Below are positions 13,060-27,894 of a stretch of DNA of 64,000 nucleotides, one piece after another. The DNA comes from Octopus vulgaris (Eukaryota): positions 79,608,001 to 79,672,000 of the forward strand of contig OX597825.1 in the NCBI GenBank assembly GCA_951406725.2, read 5' to 3'. Made by a program: the position numbers and the translations under genes. Position 1 is the stretch's first letter. Every line of letters begins with the position of its first letter. The notes beneath the pieces were generated by a model. It was not told where the DNA came from. It was given only the letters and a program-made list of their open reading frames with translations, and did not search any database.

Positions 13060-13543
13060 GGAAGCACTCCGTCGGTTACGACGATGAGGGTTCCAGTTGA
13101 TCCGAATCAACGGAACAGCCTGCTCGTGAAATTAACGTGTAAGTGGCTGAGCACTCCACAGACACGTGCACCCCTAACGTAGTTCTCGGGGATATTCAGC
13201 GTGACACAGAGAGTGACAAGGCCGGCCCCTTGAAATACAGGTACAACAGAAACAGGAAGTAAGAGTGAGAGAAAGTTGTGGTGAAAGAGTACAGCAGGGA
13301 TCACCACCGGAGCCTCGTGGAGCTTTAGGTGTTTTCGCTCAATAAACACTCACAACGCCCGGTCTGGGAATCGAGTTGTGGTGAAAGAGTACAGCAGGGA
13401 TCACCACCATCCCCTGCCGGAGCCTCGTGGAGCTTTAGGTGTTTTCGCTCAATAAACACTCACAACGCCCGGTCTGGGAATCGAAACCGCGATCCTACGA
13501 CCGCGAGTCCGCTGCCCTAACCACTGGGCCATTGCGCCTCCAC
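13060..13543 (-). mobile_element. SINE family D, full-length with tRNA-like head and internal ~100-bp tandem duplication
   Basis: Minus-strand head has A box tggcccagtgg and B box ggtttcgattccc. 13274-13373 repeats as 13374-13483. Confidence 0.9.
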
Positions 13544-13562
13544 ATTAATAATAATAATAATG

Positions 13563-13668
<106 letters not shown>

Positions 13669-13882
13669 GAAGAAGAAGAAGAAGAAGAAGAATAAAAGCA
13701 ATCATGCTTGACTTACCATGAAGATGAATGTGGCGATGCATTTCGACAGGAACATTTCTGCTGTGGTGCTTTGAAGGACAAAAAACAGAGACTGTTTAGC
13801 AGCTGTTGACTGCATGGAAAGAAGGTGGGCTGGAGACTGACGGCAGAACCGCTAGTAACTACCACCACCGCTACTACTACTG

Positions 13883-13932
<50 letters not shown>

Positions 13933-14227
13933 GCTACTGCTGCTGCTACTGCTGCTGCCACTGCTGCTGCGGCTGCTGCTGCTACTAATAATGATAATGA
14001 GGAATTGTTATATAGGCACAAGGCTGTAGATTTTTTTCTTTCTTTGTTTTTATTTTTAGATGTTTTGGTATTTTGGTGAGGGGGTGGATGTTTGGATGGG
14101 TGGGCGGGTGGATGGCTGGTAGGGTGGATGGCCGGGTAGCTGGGTGACTGGGTAGCTAGAGGTGCGGGGGAGGGTCGAGGGGAAAGGATGCAGACTCTTA
14201 TATCGGTTTCAGTTCCAGTGCTTAATA

Positions 14228-14283
<56 letters not shown>

Positions 14284-15083
14284 TGATGATGATGATGATG
14301 GTTTTCTACAACAGGCAAAAGGCCTGAAGAAAAAAATTAATGATTTCAAATTTTGGCACAAGGCCGGCAATTTCGTAGGTGGGGGTCAGTCGATTACATC
14401 AACTCCTGTGCTCAACTGGTTCTTATTTTTTCGAACCCCACGTAATTTTCGACCTCGTAATTATGAAAGGCAAAGTCGACCTCAGCGGAATTTGAACTCA
14501 GAACGTAAAGACGGCGTGCTAATGTTTCTACCAGTAACGGTAATAATAATGATGATGATGATGATGAGTGCCGAAAAACAAAAAAAAGGGGTGGGGCTCT
14601 CAAATTTACAGTGAGCGCAGCGTAGGGTCGGGTAGGGGTCAATTACTAATGCATTTTATCAACATTCCCCATCCTACATCTCACCGGTGGGACGAAAATT
14701 AAAATCGACATGGGCGGGATTTGAACTCTGAACTACTTAATTAGCGTAACACATTTGTCAAACGTGCTGCGCTAGCTACTGATGATGATGATGATGATGA
14801 TGATGATTCTACCAAGTCGTTGTAGTAGCAGCAGCAGCAAAGCAAAGCAATGCAATTTGTGCATTTGTGTGATAGAATGCAGAAAACTTCACCAAATACA
14901 TTCTTATCTACTCTAAGCATAAGGCCCGAAATTTTGGGGAAGGTGGGGGCCAGTCGATTAGATCGACCCCAGTACGTAACTGGTACTTAATTTATCGACC
15001 CCGAAAGGATGAAAGGCAAAGTCTACCGCGGCGGAATTTGAACTCAGAACGCAAAAAGACAGACGAAATACCGCTTAGCTATT

Positions 15084-15118
<35 letters not shown>

Positions 15119-16034
15119 TGATGAGTCCAGTTAGAGTCCGAACTTGCAAGTGATCTTAAATATAGCTCGGTTCGACTCTCTGACACTCAGACTTTGCAAA
15201 CTGCACAAAATGCAATCTGTATGATTTGAAGAAGAGCAACGGTATTAATCGATTGGAGAAAAGAAAAATCAATATCTGAAGTACCTGTGATGATCAGTAT
15301 GCGTATGTTTGTGTGTGTGTGTGTATGTATATGTGTGTATGTATGTATGTATGTATGTATGTATGTATGTATGTATGTATCTATCTATCTATCAATATAT
15401 ATATGTATGTATATATGTGTCTGTGTATGTGTATATATATATGTATATATATATATATATATATATACATACACATATACATATATACATATATATATAT
15501 ACTTTATCATTATTAATGTTATACAAACATAACAAAAACATCACAAAATATGTAGGTATTTATGTGTTCATATACACATATGTAAATTGACCACTCGTGT
15601 GAGAATTGAACTCGCGAAGTAATGATTTGGTTGTTTTTGTTTTTGTAGGTTTTTTTTCTATTTCTCGACTTTTAATTTCGTTTTTTTTATGTGTTTTTTT
15701 GTATGCTGGAATTTTGTTTTTTTTATATTTGTATATTACTTTTTCTCTTACATTTTTTTTTTTGGTAATATTTTTTTTCTCTTCTGAAAAATAATCAAAA
15801 AATAATAATCTGCCAAAGACTTCAAAGCTCGAAGAATATCGATAAAATAATGTATTGGGAAATCGTACCAAGGAATCGGTGGTTTCTTGTACTTGCAGAG
15901 TCTGTCTTGGAACTTTTCTGAAGTTCTCCTGCTTCCAACAGGAGAGGTTAATCGCCAAAGGTTAAGAATTTGCAAAAGCGGGAGACGTGAAGATCAGGTC
16001 CGACTTTAACATTCTCGCGAAGAAGCCTACCCTT

Positions 16035-17075
<1,041 letters not shown>

Positions 17076-17249
17076 ATATGTGTATATGAACTTACTACGC
17101 TATCCTATACGGCGGCAGTCCACCCACTACAAATCTCTACTACGTAAAGTCACATTTTCTGAATCACATGTAAAATCAACCAATCAGAGGAGACCAACGA
17201 ATGCCGTTGGAGGGGAATTTCCTAAGTCTGTCCCGCTCCCTCAATGTGT

Positions 17250-17294
<45 letters not shown>

Positions 17295-17595
17295 TCTCTC
17301 TCTCTGTCTTTCTGTGTCTCTCTTTCTCTGTCTTTCTCTTTCTCTTTCTCTTTCATTTTTTTCTTCTTCTTCTGCTCACCCACAAACAAACGCCTGCAGG
17401 TTTACGTTATATCATTATATAATAAATGTGCGTGTGTATGTGTGTATGTGTTTTCGTGTATGTATGTATGTAGGTATCTATATCTATATACATATGTGTG
17501 TGTGTGTGTCTGTGTGTGTGTGTGTGTGTGTCTGTGTGTGTGTGTGTGTGTGTCTGTGTGTGTGTGCACACATGAATCTGTATGTTTATATATAT

Positions 17596-17867
17596 AGGAG
17601 TGGCTGCGTGGTAAGAAGCTTGCTTTCCAACTACAAGGTTCCGGGTTCAGTCCCACTGCGTGGCACCCGGAACAAGCGTCTTCTGCTATAGATTGGCAAC
17701 CGATGTTGGTGTGTTTACATTCCCGTCACGTAGCGGTTCGGCAAAAGAGACCGATACAATAAGTACTAGGCTTACAAAGAATAAGTCCTGGGGTCGATTT
17801 GTTCGACTAAAGGTGGTACTCCAGCATGGCCGCAGTCAAATGACTGAAACAAGTAAAAGAATAAAAG
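17596..17867 (+). mobile_element. SINE family B (internally deleted)
   Basis: Head aggagtggctgcgtggtaag...gggttcagtcccac, tail catggccgcagtcaaatgactgaaacaagtaaaag. Confidence 0.9.
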
Positions 17868-18291
17868 AATATATATATGTATATATACATATATATATAT
17901 GTGTGTGTGTGTATGCGTATATATGTATATATGTGTGTGTATGTGTGTATATGAATATATATATATATGTGTGTGTATGTATGTCTCTGTGTGTGTGTGT
18001 GTGTATGTTTGTTTTGCACGATATAACCACCGTGCAGCGTTTCTCCTTGCACGGTCTCAGTCCCCCCCACTCCCCTGCTGTTCCTGTCTGTGTGTTCATG
18101 TCTCTCTTGGCTACCCCTATCACACCCTCACCCCCTCTCTCTCTCCCTCGACTACCCCGTTTCCCTCACACCCATGCATATAGACAAACACTCTCTAAAT
18201 TTATCTTTATACCCCCCCACACCTGCGTCACCACCACGCCCAATCTCCCACATGACTGTTCTCTTTTTTCGACCCCCACCGTCTCACATTT

Positions 18292-18323
<32 letters not shown>

Positions 18324-19236
18324 CTTTATATTTCGTTTTACTTTTATTTTTATCATTTCATTTATATTCTTTCATTCTGTTATTCCTTTACTTGTTTCAG
18401 TCATTTTTGACTGCGACCATGTTGGAGCACTGCCTTGAAGGGCTTTTAAGTCGAATAAACCGAAGACTGGATCTAGATGGTTTGGCCGCCAGCATTTCAA
18501 AAATTAAAGTTTATCGAAAATTTTAAAATTTGGCACATTAATATACTTTTCCCAGCTGAATTGCTGGAGTTATTTAACTTTTTCCAGAAAAATGTTTTAA
18601 AGAATTATCGAGGTTTAAAATTTGATTATTTGCACCCAGTCAGGCAACAGGATTTGGAAGCTGTAATTTTCTGGGTGATTGCACATTTTGTTAACATCCT
18701 GAAAATAACACCTGTTTTCAATATTTGTAAACAACACGTGTTTTGTAGTTTGAAGTATTCAATGTGCTTTTTATGCATTTAAAACGTTATTTAGCTGTTA
18801 TTTTTAGCAGACCTCACAACTACCTCAGTGACAAAAAGAAACGAGTAAACAAACATTTTTAAGCATTCAATATGCATTTAATACAAATGCGATAACACGT
18901 TACATGCGATAAACACATTATAATTTTTTCCCCACAAATAATTTCAATTCAGTTTTAACAGAAAGATTAGGAAGAATTAGATGAAAGTTCTCCGGCAAAA
19001 TCTTATAAAATGACAATGTTCTGAAAGATGTAAATGTTTGTATGTTATATATGAAAATAAAAGAGTGAACAAAATATGCTTAAAAAGCAAACATTTAAGT
19101 ATGCAATAAGCAACACATTACAAAATATTTTTAAAATTAAAAACGCAAGTTAGGAATACATTTAATCAATTTCTCAAACAAATCACAATTTTCGGATCTC
19201 CTGCACCGCATAAATTCACAGAGATATGAATCAACC

Positions 19237-19468
19237 TATTTCTTTACTACCCACAAGGGGCTAAACACAGAGAAGACAAACAAGGACAGACAAACGGATT
19301 AAGTCGATTACATCGACCCCAGTGCGTAACTGGTACTTATTTAATCGACCCCGAAAGGATGAAAGGCAAAGTCGACCTCGGCGGAATTTGAACTCAGAAC
19401 GTAACGGTAGACGAAATACCGCTAAGCATTTCGCCCGGCGTGCTAACGTTTCTGCCAACACACCGCCT
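19237..19468 (-). mobile_element. SINE family A, full-length
   Basis: Near-identical to the reverse complement of 30541-30764. Confidence 0.92.
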
Positions 19469-21324
19469 TAGGATCGAAATAAATATTAAAACATTTTTGT
19501 TCGGGTCAATTGTATAAATACCAGCTGGGCACTGAGGTCAATGCAATCGACATGCTCCCACCACCTAAATCATTGGCCTTGTTCCAAAATTTAAAATCAA
19601 TATTCATATGGACACTACGTTTCAATCGGTTTCATCATCGGACGTCATCGTATTTCTTATTCCTGGATATGTACACAGTACCGGACTGGATTCGAAATCA
19701 GAAGCTATATTTATAAGCAAGTAACGCTAAAATCTCCGCTAACACTTTTATCTAGGTCACAAACATCTGTATGATTAAAGCTATATTTTTCAGCCTTATT
19801 TATTTGTCAAAAATATGCAGCCATATTAAGTTGATGCCGGTGAATGGTTTACCCAAGAAATAGTCAACAAGCTCTATATGTGGTTGTTTATTATTTTTTT
19901 TTGTATTTTTCTAGGTTTTCACCGTCGTTTTCTATCAATTATGGTAATATAATTCCAAATATGATACATGGTTTCCTTTTGGGAGCCATATATGTTCAGC
20001 CAGTAAGTGCAGTGTGGCTGCAGTAAGTTCTTTTTGCAACCTCGAGATCTCGGGTTCGATTTCATTGATTCCATTGATTGGCATCTTGGGCAAATGGTAT
20101 TTTCTATAACCTCGAGTTGACCGTACATTCTTTCATGTTTTACGTGTTTCAGTCATTAGACTACAGCCATGCTGGGGCATCGCCTTCAAGGACTTGTAGT
20201 CGAATGTATTGATCCCAGTACTTATTCTCCTTAAATCTTGTACTAATTCCATCGGTTTCTTTCGACGAACCGCTAGATAATGCGGACGTAAACACGCCAA
20301 GACCAGTTGTCAAACGATGACAGAGACAGAGACACATACACACACGCACACGTCTATATATACAGGACGGGATTCTTTCAGTTTCCGTCTACCAAATGGA
20401 TATTTCGTCTGTCATTAGGTTCTGAGTTCAAATTGCGCCGAGGTCGACTTTGCCTTTCATTCGTTCGACTTTGCCTTACATCCGCACTGGGGTCGATGTA
20501 ATCGACTTAATCCATTTATCTGTCCTTGTTTGTCCCCTCTATGTTTCGCCTCTTGTGGGCAATAAAGAAATATATATATATGTTGTAAACTCTCTGAACT
20601 TCTCAAAAGATACCATGAATTGGAATTTGGCCTGACCCCCTACTAAACGTGCTGGGTGTTTATTTATTAAATGATTAATTTCTTTTATAAAAAATGATTA
20701 ATTGGTCCAGATTGGTTTGGCCCGATTCGGAAGTCATTTGACAAACCCTTTCTTGACACTGCTTAGATCAGTGCTTCTCGAAAGAAGGCGACTGAAGATA
20801 TATATGCGGGTACCAGAACAAAGTGGGTGGGGACCATGTGTGCACCTGTACTGAGTTTTATTCTAATTTAATTCTTTGTCCCTAACTTAATTCTAACTTC
20901 TAAAAAGTTTTGCATGTAATATTATGATCAACTTTTTAATAACCACAACCTGATCACAACAGTTCCGTTGTTGGAGAATTGGAAATGCACACATCCATTT
21001 CCCCTCGCCGTGGATTATAATCAAACCATTCTCTTGGTTTTGGTTCTTCTAATGGATATCACAGCTTTTCTTCATTTGCTCACAGATTGACCTAATGAAT
21101 ACTTATTTTAATTGGATTTTTAATTGCATTCATCCTCCCCATTTTGATAAAAAGAACCGCAGTAATATCAATGATGAGTAATGCTTCTCGACTGTTACAT
21201 CTGTTTCACCTCTCCCTCTGTGTGTGTGTCTGTTTGTCGGTGTGTGTGTGTGTGGGGGGGGAGCGTATGTGCGCGCGCGTGTGCATGTGGTTGCGTGTGT
21301 GTCTGTGAAGACGCGTCTCTTAAT

Positions 21325-21632
21325 GTTAGTGTATTCGGCTCATGATCTTTAGGTCGTGAGTTCGATTCCTGGCTCCGCGTTTTCTGTCAGCAAAGCACCT
21401 TATTTCTTGTTGCTCCAGTTCACTCAGCTGGCAAAAAAAAAAAAAAAGAGCTATACCTGTAATTCAAAGGGGCCCCGCCTTGTCACACACTCTGTGTTAC
21501 GCTGAATCTCCCTGAAAAGTACGTTTAGGGTTCGAGTCTTTGTGCAGTGCTCAACCAGGTACACGTTAATCTCACGAGCCAGCTGTCCCGTTGATCGGAT
21601 CAACTGTAACACTTGTAATCCGCGGAGCGCCA
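21325..21632 (+). mobile_element. Chimeric SINE: family-C-like head/centre plus family-D-like 3' half
   Basis: gttgctccagttcactcagctg is shared with 6700-6721. tacctgtaattcaaagggg...ggatcaactg is shared with rc of 13090-13245. Confidence 0.7.
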
Positions 21633-21664
21633 GTTGCATATATTAATTCCCTCCGCCTTCATAC

Positions 21665-21780
<116 letters not shown>

Positions 21781-21846
21781 GTATTTGAGGCGGCCATTTT
21801 GCCAATTTAGCCAATGAGAATACACGAACTATAAATATATAACGAA

Positions 21847-21923
<77 letters not shown>

Positions 21924-22462
21924 TTGTGTCTTTTTTGTGTTTATGTTTGCTCCACCACCACCACCACCACCACCACTAACAACAACATCAACAACAATAA
22001 CACTGCTTGACAACCGGTGTTGGTTTATACAGGGGGTCGTTTTTTTCTTTTCTCGACTAAAAACCCTCCAAGGCGGTGCCCCCAGCATGGCTGCAAACCA
22101 AGGAATTAAACGAATTAAAAGACGTAAATATAAGACCGAAATAAAATTGTGCAGGTTACAAACGGCAGCGCGTTAACTGGGTACGATGAAAGGACGACAC
22201 CAGCAGGGGTAACGAAATAAGAATCTGAGTCAGTAGGCCAACCAGGCATCCTACCACATCGTGTCGAATGGTGAGGTAGAAGCACGCAGCAAGCCTACAG
22301 TGAGTTGCTAAGCTGTTGTTTTAGCCTGTGTTGTTGCTAAATTTTTACGTTTCCTGCAATAATATATAAACATGTGACATTTGATTTATGAAGATTGTTC
22401 AGAATATACAACATTTCTCTGCGCTCGCTCAAGCAATGACCTTATCTATCTATCTATCGATT

Positions 22463-22545
<83 letters not shown>

Positions 22546-24210
22546 GCGACGAAACCACTTTGAACATGATCTTGTAAATCGTAAAGAGAGAGAGAGAGAG
22601 AGAGCACTTTGCTCTCATGTGTTTATTTTCTCCCTGCCTGAGGTTACCGTGGTCTTTTCTGTAGGCTTTTCTTTCCACGGATAAACCTAATCTTGTTTCT
22701 TACTTTTTAAAAAATTTCTTTCTGTGTTAAAAAAATCCCTTTTGATCGCCTTTTTTTACTCCCCGATCCCTTTTCATCGGAATTTTACATTTGTTCCCTT
22801 TTTCCTTTTTCTTTCCCATTTTCGAAGAGACAAGCTCTACATTTGTATTTGTCCCCTCTGTATTCAGCCTTGTGTGGCCAATAAAGAAGGTTATCTATCT
22901 AGCTATCTGTTTGTCTACCTACCTATCTGTCTGTTTGTCTACCTACCTATCTGTCTGTTTGTCTACCTACCTATCTGTCTCTCTATCTACCTACCTATCT
23001 GTCTGTTTGTCTGTCTACCTATCTATCTGTCTACCTACCTATCTGTCTAGCTATCTATTTACCTACCTATCTATCTACCTATCTGTCTGTCTAGCTATCT
23101 ATCTACCTACCCACCTCGAAAAGAAAAGCTCTACATTGTATTTCGTCTATTTTCTGTGTTTAGCCCTGTGTGGCCATAATAAAAATATATCTATCTATCT
23201 ATCTAGGTAGCTTATATACAGAGAGACAGACTGACAGACAGACAGACAGACTGACAGACAGACAGACTGACCGACAGGTAGACAGAGAGACAGACAGACA
23301 GACAGATAGCTATCAACGTAGCTAGCAAGCGTTCTGGCCGGTTTATCTGCTTATGTATGTATGTATGTATGTATGTATGCATGCATGTATGTATGTATGT
23401 ATGTATGTATGTATGTATGTATGCATGCATGTATGTATGTATGTATGTTTGTATGTATGTATGTATGTATGTATGTATGTATGTATGTATGTATGTATGT
23501 ACGGACGTATGTACGTATGTATGTGTGACTTTAGGATTTAAGGATTTTTTTTTCCTTTACAGAATTCAAATCGACCCCTAAGAAAGTAGCCGGGCTTTTT
23601 TTGTATAAGTCAAGACAGCTCTTGATTGGTGGTGGTGGTGGTGGTGGTGATGGTGTGTGTGTGTGTGTGTTTCATTACTGCTTCTGTGTGTAAGCGTGCC
23701 TGTATTTCATATTTATATGCGATTGTGTGTATGCGTTTACTCAAGAACTTCAAATAGAAATCTTCTGTAAAGTTTTTCACAGGACTTCAAACCAACTGTA
23801 TTAGTCTACTCAGTTTTTTTCTTCTAAAACCCAAACATGTCTCGGTTTTAATTCAGATCCGTTGCTATGTAGCCCAATGCACGTATGATAATAGGAACAA
23901 ATAAAAATCGATAGCCGAGATATGTACATCTGTCTCCTTAAAATGTCAGCTTATTAATTACAGAGTAGGACATATCCGTTTCAAAAACCGTGTGAAGCCA
24001 TTGGTAAAGATTTTACTCAAAGACATTGTATTTGAAAGTAAAATATTGTTTCCAAGTTTTAGCACAAGGCCAGCAATTTCAGGGGTTGGTGGGGAGGCTC
24101 AGTTGATTACAGTACTCAGCTGGCACTTATATAATCGACCCTTGAAAGAATGAAAAGTCAAGTCAACCCCTACGGAAATTGAACCTAGAATGTAAAGTCG
24201 GAGGAAACAC

Positions 24211-24622
24211 CTATTTCTTTACTACCCATAAGGGGCTAAACACAGAGACGACAAACAAGGACAGACAAACGGATTAAGTCGATTATATCGTCCCCAGTGC
24301 ATAACTGGTACTTATTTAATCGACCTCGAAAGGATGAAAGGCAAAGTCGACCTCGGCGGAATTTGAACTCAGAACGTAACGGCAGACGAAATACCTATTT
24401 CTTTACTACCCACAAGGGGCTAAACACAGAGAGGACAAACAAGAACAGACAAACGTATTAAGTCAATTATATCGACCCCAGTGCGTAACTGGTACTCATT
24501 TAATCGACACCGAAAGGATGAAAAGCAAAGTCGACCTCGGCGGAATTTGAACTCAGAACGTAACGGCAGACGAAATACCGCTAAGCATTTCGCCCGGCGT
24601 GCTAACGTTTCTGCCAGCTCGC
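24211..24622 (-). mobile_element. Head-to-tail dimer of young SINE family A, nested in an older family-A copy
   Basis: Junction gacgaaatac|ctatttcttt at 24394/24395. TSD-like flanks ggaggaaacac (24200-24210) and ggacgaaatac (24624-24634). Confidence 0.85.
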
Positions 24623-25099
24623 TGGACGAAATACCGCTAAGTATTTTGGCCGGCGTGATAATAATTTTGCTCGCTTGTCGCCCCATTTGAAAGTAAAATT
24701 TTGGTTTCAAATTTGACAGAACGAAGCAAGCTCAGGAGAGCAGATAAGTCGATTACATCAACCGCAGTGCACTACAGGGTCTTATTTTATCGATCCTGAA
24801 ATGAAGAAAGGCAAAGTCGACCCCGGCGTAACTTGAAATCAGAGCGTAAAGACGGTCGAAATGCCGCTAAACATTTTGACCGGGGCGGTAACTATTCTGC
24901 CAACTCACCGCCTTATTTGAAAGTAAAATATTATCAATATTATTCTGGGTTCAATTTCCGTAGAGGTTGACTTGACTTTTCGTTCTTTCGGGGGTCGATT
25001 ATATAAGTGCCAGTTGAGCACTGTAATCAACCCCCGAAATTGCTGGCCTTGTGCCAAAATTTGGAAACAATATTTTACTTTCAAATACAATGTCTTTAA

Positions 25100-25262
25100 G
25101 GCGTAGGAGTGGCTGTGTGGTAAGTAGCATGCTTACCAACCACATGGTTCCGGGTTCAGTCTCACTGCGTGAAACCTTGGGCAAGTGTCTTCTACTATGC
25201 GCTCGGAGCGACCAAAGCCTTGTGAGTGGATTTGGTAGACGGAAACTGAAAGAAGCCCCTCG

Positions 25263-25304
<42 letters not shown>

Positions 25305-25509
25305 CGTGTGTGTGCGTGTGTGTGTGTGTGTTTGTCCCCCAAACATCGCTTGACAACCGATGCTGGTGTGTTTACGTCCGGCAAAAGAGACCGATAGAAT
25401 AAGTACTGGGCTTACAAAGAATAAGTCCTGGGGTCGATTTGCTCGACTAAAGGCGGTGCTCCAGCATGGCCACAGTCAAAACGACTGAAACAAGGAAAAG
25501 AGTAAAAGA
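25100..25509 (+). mobile_element. SINE family B, near full-length (tRNA-like head, CORE-like segment, internal (TA)/(TG), LINE-like tail)
   Basis: ggcgtaggagtggctgtgtggtaag...gggttcagtc...ccttgggcaagtg...aaggcggtgctccagcatggccacagtcaaaacgactgaaac. Confidence 0.92.
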
Positions 25510-25779
25510 TCACGTACGCTCTCGCACGCGTCTACCCACACACACACACACACACACACACCTACATACACTCACACATGTTATACAAACATATATTTTA
25601 CATTAATACACATGTAGCAACGCATGATTCATGTATATCAAGGACGTACATTTGATGTTTTGCATTTAATACCTTCTTCCTATAGATTTCGTGTTTTGTC
25701 TTTCTTCTCTATGTAAACATAACACATTGTCATTTCAACATATGGTCTTCATTCCGCAAAAACAATGATCAAATTGACA

Positions 25780-25794
25780 TTATTATTATTTTTA

Positions 25795-25850
<56 letters not shown>

Positions 25851-26121
25851 GTTATTGTTGTTGTTGTTGTTGTTGTTATTATTATTATTATTATTATTGT
25901 TATTATTATTATTATTGTTGTTGTTATTATTATTATTATTATTGTTATTGTTGTTGTTGTTGTTGTTGTTATTATTATTATTATTATTATTGTTATTATT
26001 ATTATTATTGTTGTTGTTATTATTATTATTATTATTGTTATTATTATCATTAGTATTATTACTATTATTATCATTATCATTATCATCACATCATCATCGT
26101 CATCATCATCATTATCATTAT

Positions 26122-26150
<29 letters not shown>
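25780..26150 (+). repeat. Compound (ATT/GTT/ATC/ACT)n microsatellite
   Basis: Direct reading. Confidence 0.95.
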
Positions 26151-26152
<2 letters not shown>

Positions 26153-26484
26153 GTTGTCGTTGCTATCATTATTATATAATCTTCTCTGCATTATTCTTGT
26201 TTACCCCTTTATGATCATCATGAGTGTTGTGTATCTTGGGGGTGCATTGCATAAACTATCCTTTGTTGCAATTTGTTGCAATTTAAGGGAGGTTTGGTGC
26301 TATTTCTAGTATGCCGATGGCCCGAGCAACAGCTATGCTTGTACACCTACAGCACGTATTGTTTTACTTCCACATGTTAATTTTTACCTCGCTTTTACTT
26401 TCCGCTGGCCGTGATTCCTGTGTGTATGTCTATACGTGTGTGGCTTCATGTAGAGTGTGTGTGTGCACGTGTGTGTGTGTGCAC

Positions 26485-26517
<33 letters not shown>

Positions 26518-27139
26518 CGTGCAATAAGGGAATATTAATAAAATGAAATGTATTTCAAATGTATTTGCAGTATGGAAAAGGAAAATTATCAACATTTTGA
26601 ACACTAACCCCTTTTCAAGAGAGAGAGAATAGAAAGAAAAAGAGTCGTGTATTGTAATAATAATTTCAAATTTTTGCACAAAGCTAGCAATTTCGGGAGA
26701 AGAGAGTAAGTCGATTACATTGATCCCAGTGTTCAACCGCTACTTAAGTATTTTGCCTGAGGTGCTAACGTTTCTTATTTCTTTACTGCCCACAAGGGGC
26801 TACACACAGAGAGAACAAACAAGGACAGACAAACGGATTAAGTCGATTATATCAACACAATAAAACGAATGGGCATGCAGGGTGCACAGTCCTGCCACTA
26901 GACGTACCATCATCAGTTCTTAAAGACACCTTAACAAACCAGAGCACTTGCAATATCACTATCCTAAGAACAATATACATACATGTTTACATACATATAT
27001 ACATACATACATGTGTGTGTGTGTATTAATATTTCGCTTAGGCATAGAGAGACTAATAACCGGGTGTAGAACTCAATATATATAAGTTCTAGAACACAAT
27101 GTTATATGAGTATAGTGCGGTAATAGCAGGTAAAGAAAT

Positions 27140-27538
27140 CATATGCAACAGGTGGTTCTTCTACAATTTTTTTACTGTTGGTTTTGTGATTGCCTGAAGA
27201 TTGGCCTCAATATTTATCATTGATTTCGGTTGTCTTTTATTCTCAATGTTGGTATATGTTCAGAGGATTTTATTCAACCTGAAGACTTGTTTCGGTATCG
27301 GTGTGATGTTGTAGACTTCATTGTTTTAGGGTTTGTCGGTAGATATGTATGTTAGGAATTTTAATTCCGATTTCTTTCTTTCTTTTGTTTGTCTTAGTTT
27401 CTGGATACGCATTTTCTTTGCCCATTGTATTCCAATATCAATTTAGGATGGCGAGTAATTCTTCTCGTGGAGTATATCCTTCAGCTCTTCGAGTCATACG
27501 TCATAGGTGTTTGTATCGGAAGCTATTATACAAATCCA
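27140..27538 (-). pseudogene. Penelope-like element ORF remnant (RT thumb/linker upstream of GIY-YIG)
   Basis: One frame with stops: WICIIASDTNTYDV*LEELKDILHEKNYSPS*IDIGIQWAKK...LTYISTDKP*NNEVYN...NKRQPKS...PTVKK. This resembles PLE 'RIC..VSD...L.EL...L....YP...I' and 'RQPKSL'. Confidence 0.7.
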
Positions 27539-27659
27539 AATACCGTTGCTATTTCCGTATCGAGCATTGCCGGTTCGTACTGTATACATTTAAAAATAAA
27601 CTTTGTAAACGTAAATAAAATCTACAAGTTCTACAGAACACCAATAAAAGCATTAAAAA

Positions 27660-27894
27660 CATCGCGTGTGACCGCGTGTGACCGCGTGTGTACCGTTGGC
27701 GATTTTTTTCCTCTGTCTTCCCTTCTCTGGATCTTTCCTTCTCCTATGTTTCCAACGAAGAGTTCCGCTCGAAACGTTAAACCCTCCTTCTTTCCTTCTT
27801 TCCTGAGCGTCCAATAATACTATATTTGTTCCACGTCCTTGCGTTGTTGTGTTTTTTTGGGGGTTTTTTTTGTGCTTTCATGCTTGGATTAACT

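Noticed and set aside
13470-13543. tRNA gene on the minus strand
   Set aside because: A and B boxes are present but it runs directly into a SINE body and the acceptor stem is not convincing, so it is a SINE head
14080-14185. G-rich tract as a functional G-quadruplex
   Set aside because: Explained by a degenerate (GGGT/GGAT)n microsatellite, with no evidence of function
15118-15155. ctgatgagtcc...ccgaac as a hammerhead
   Set aside because: No GAAA, stem II does not close, and there is no stem I or III
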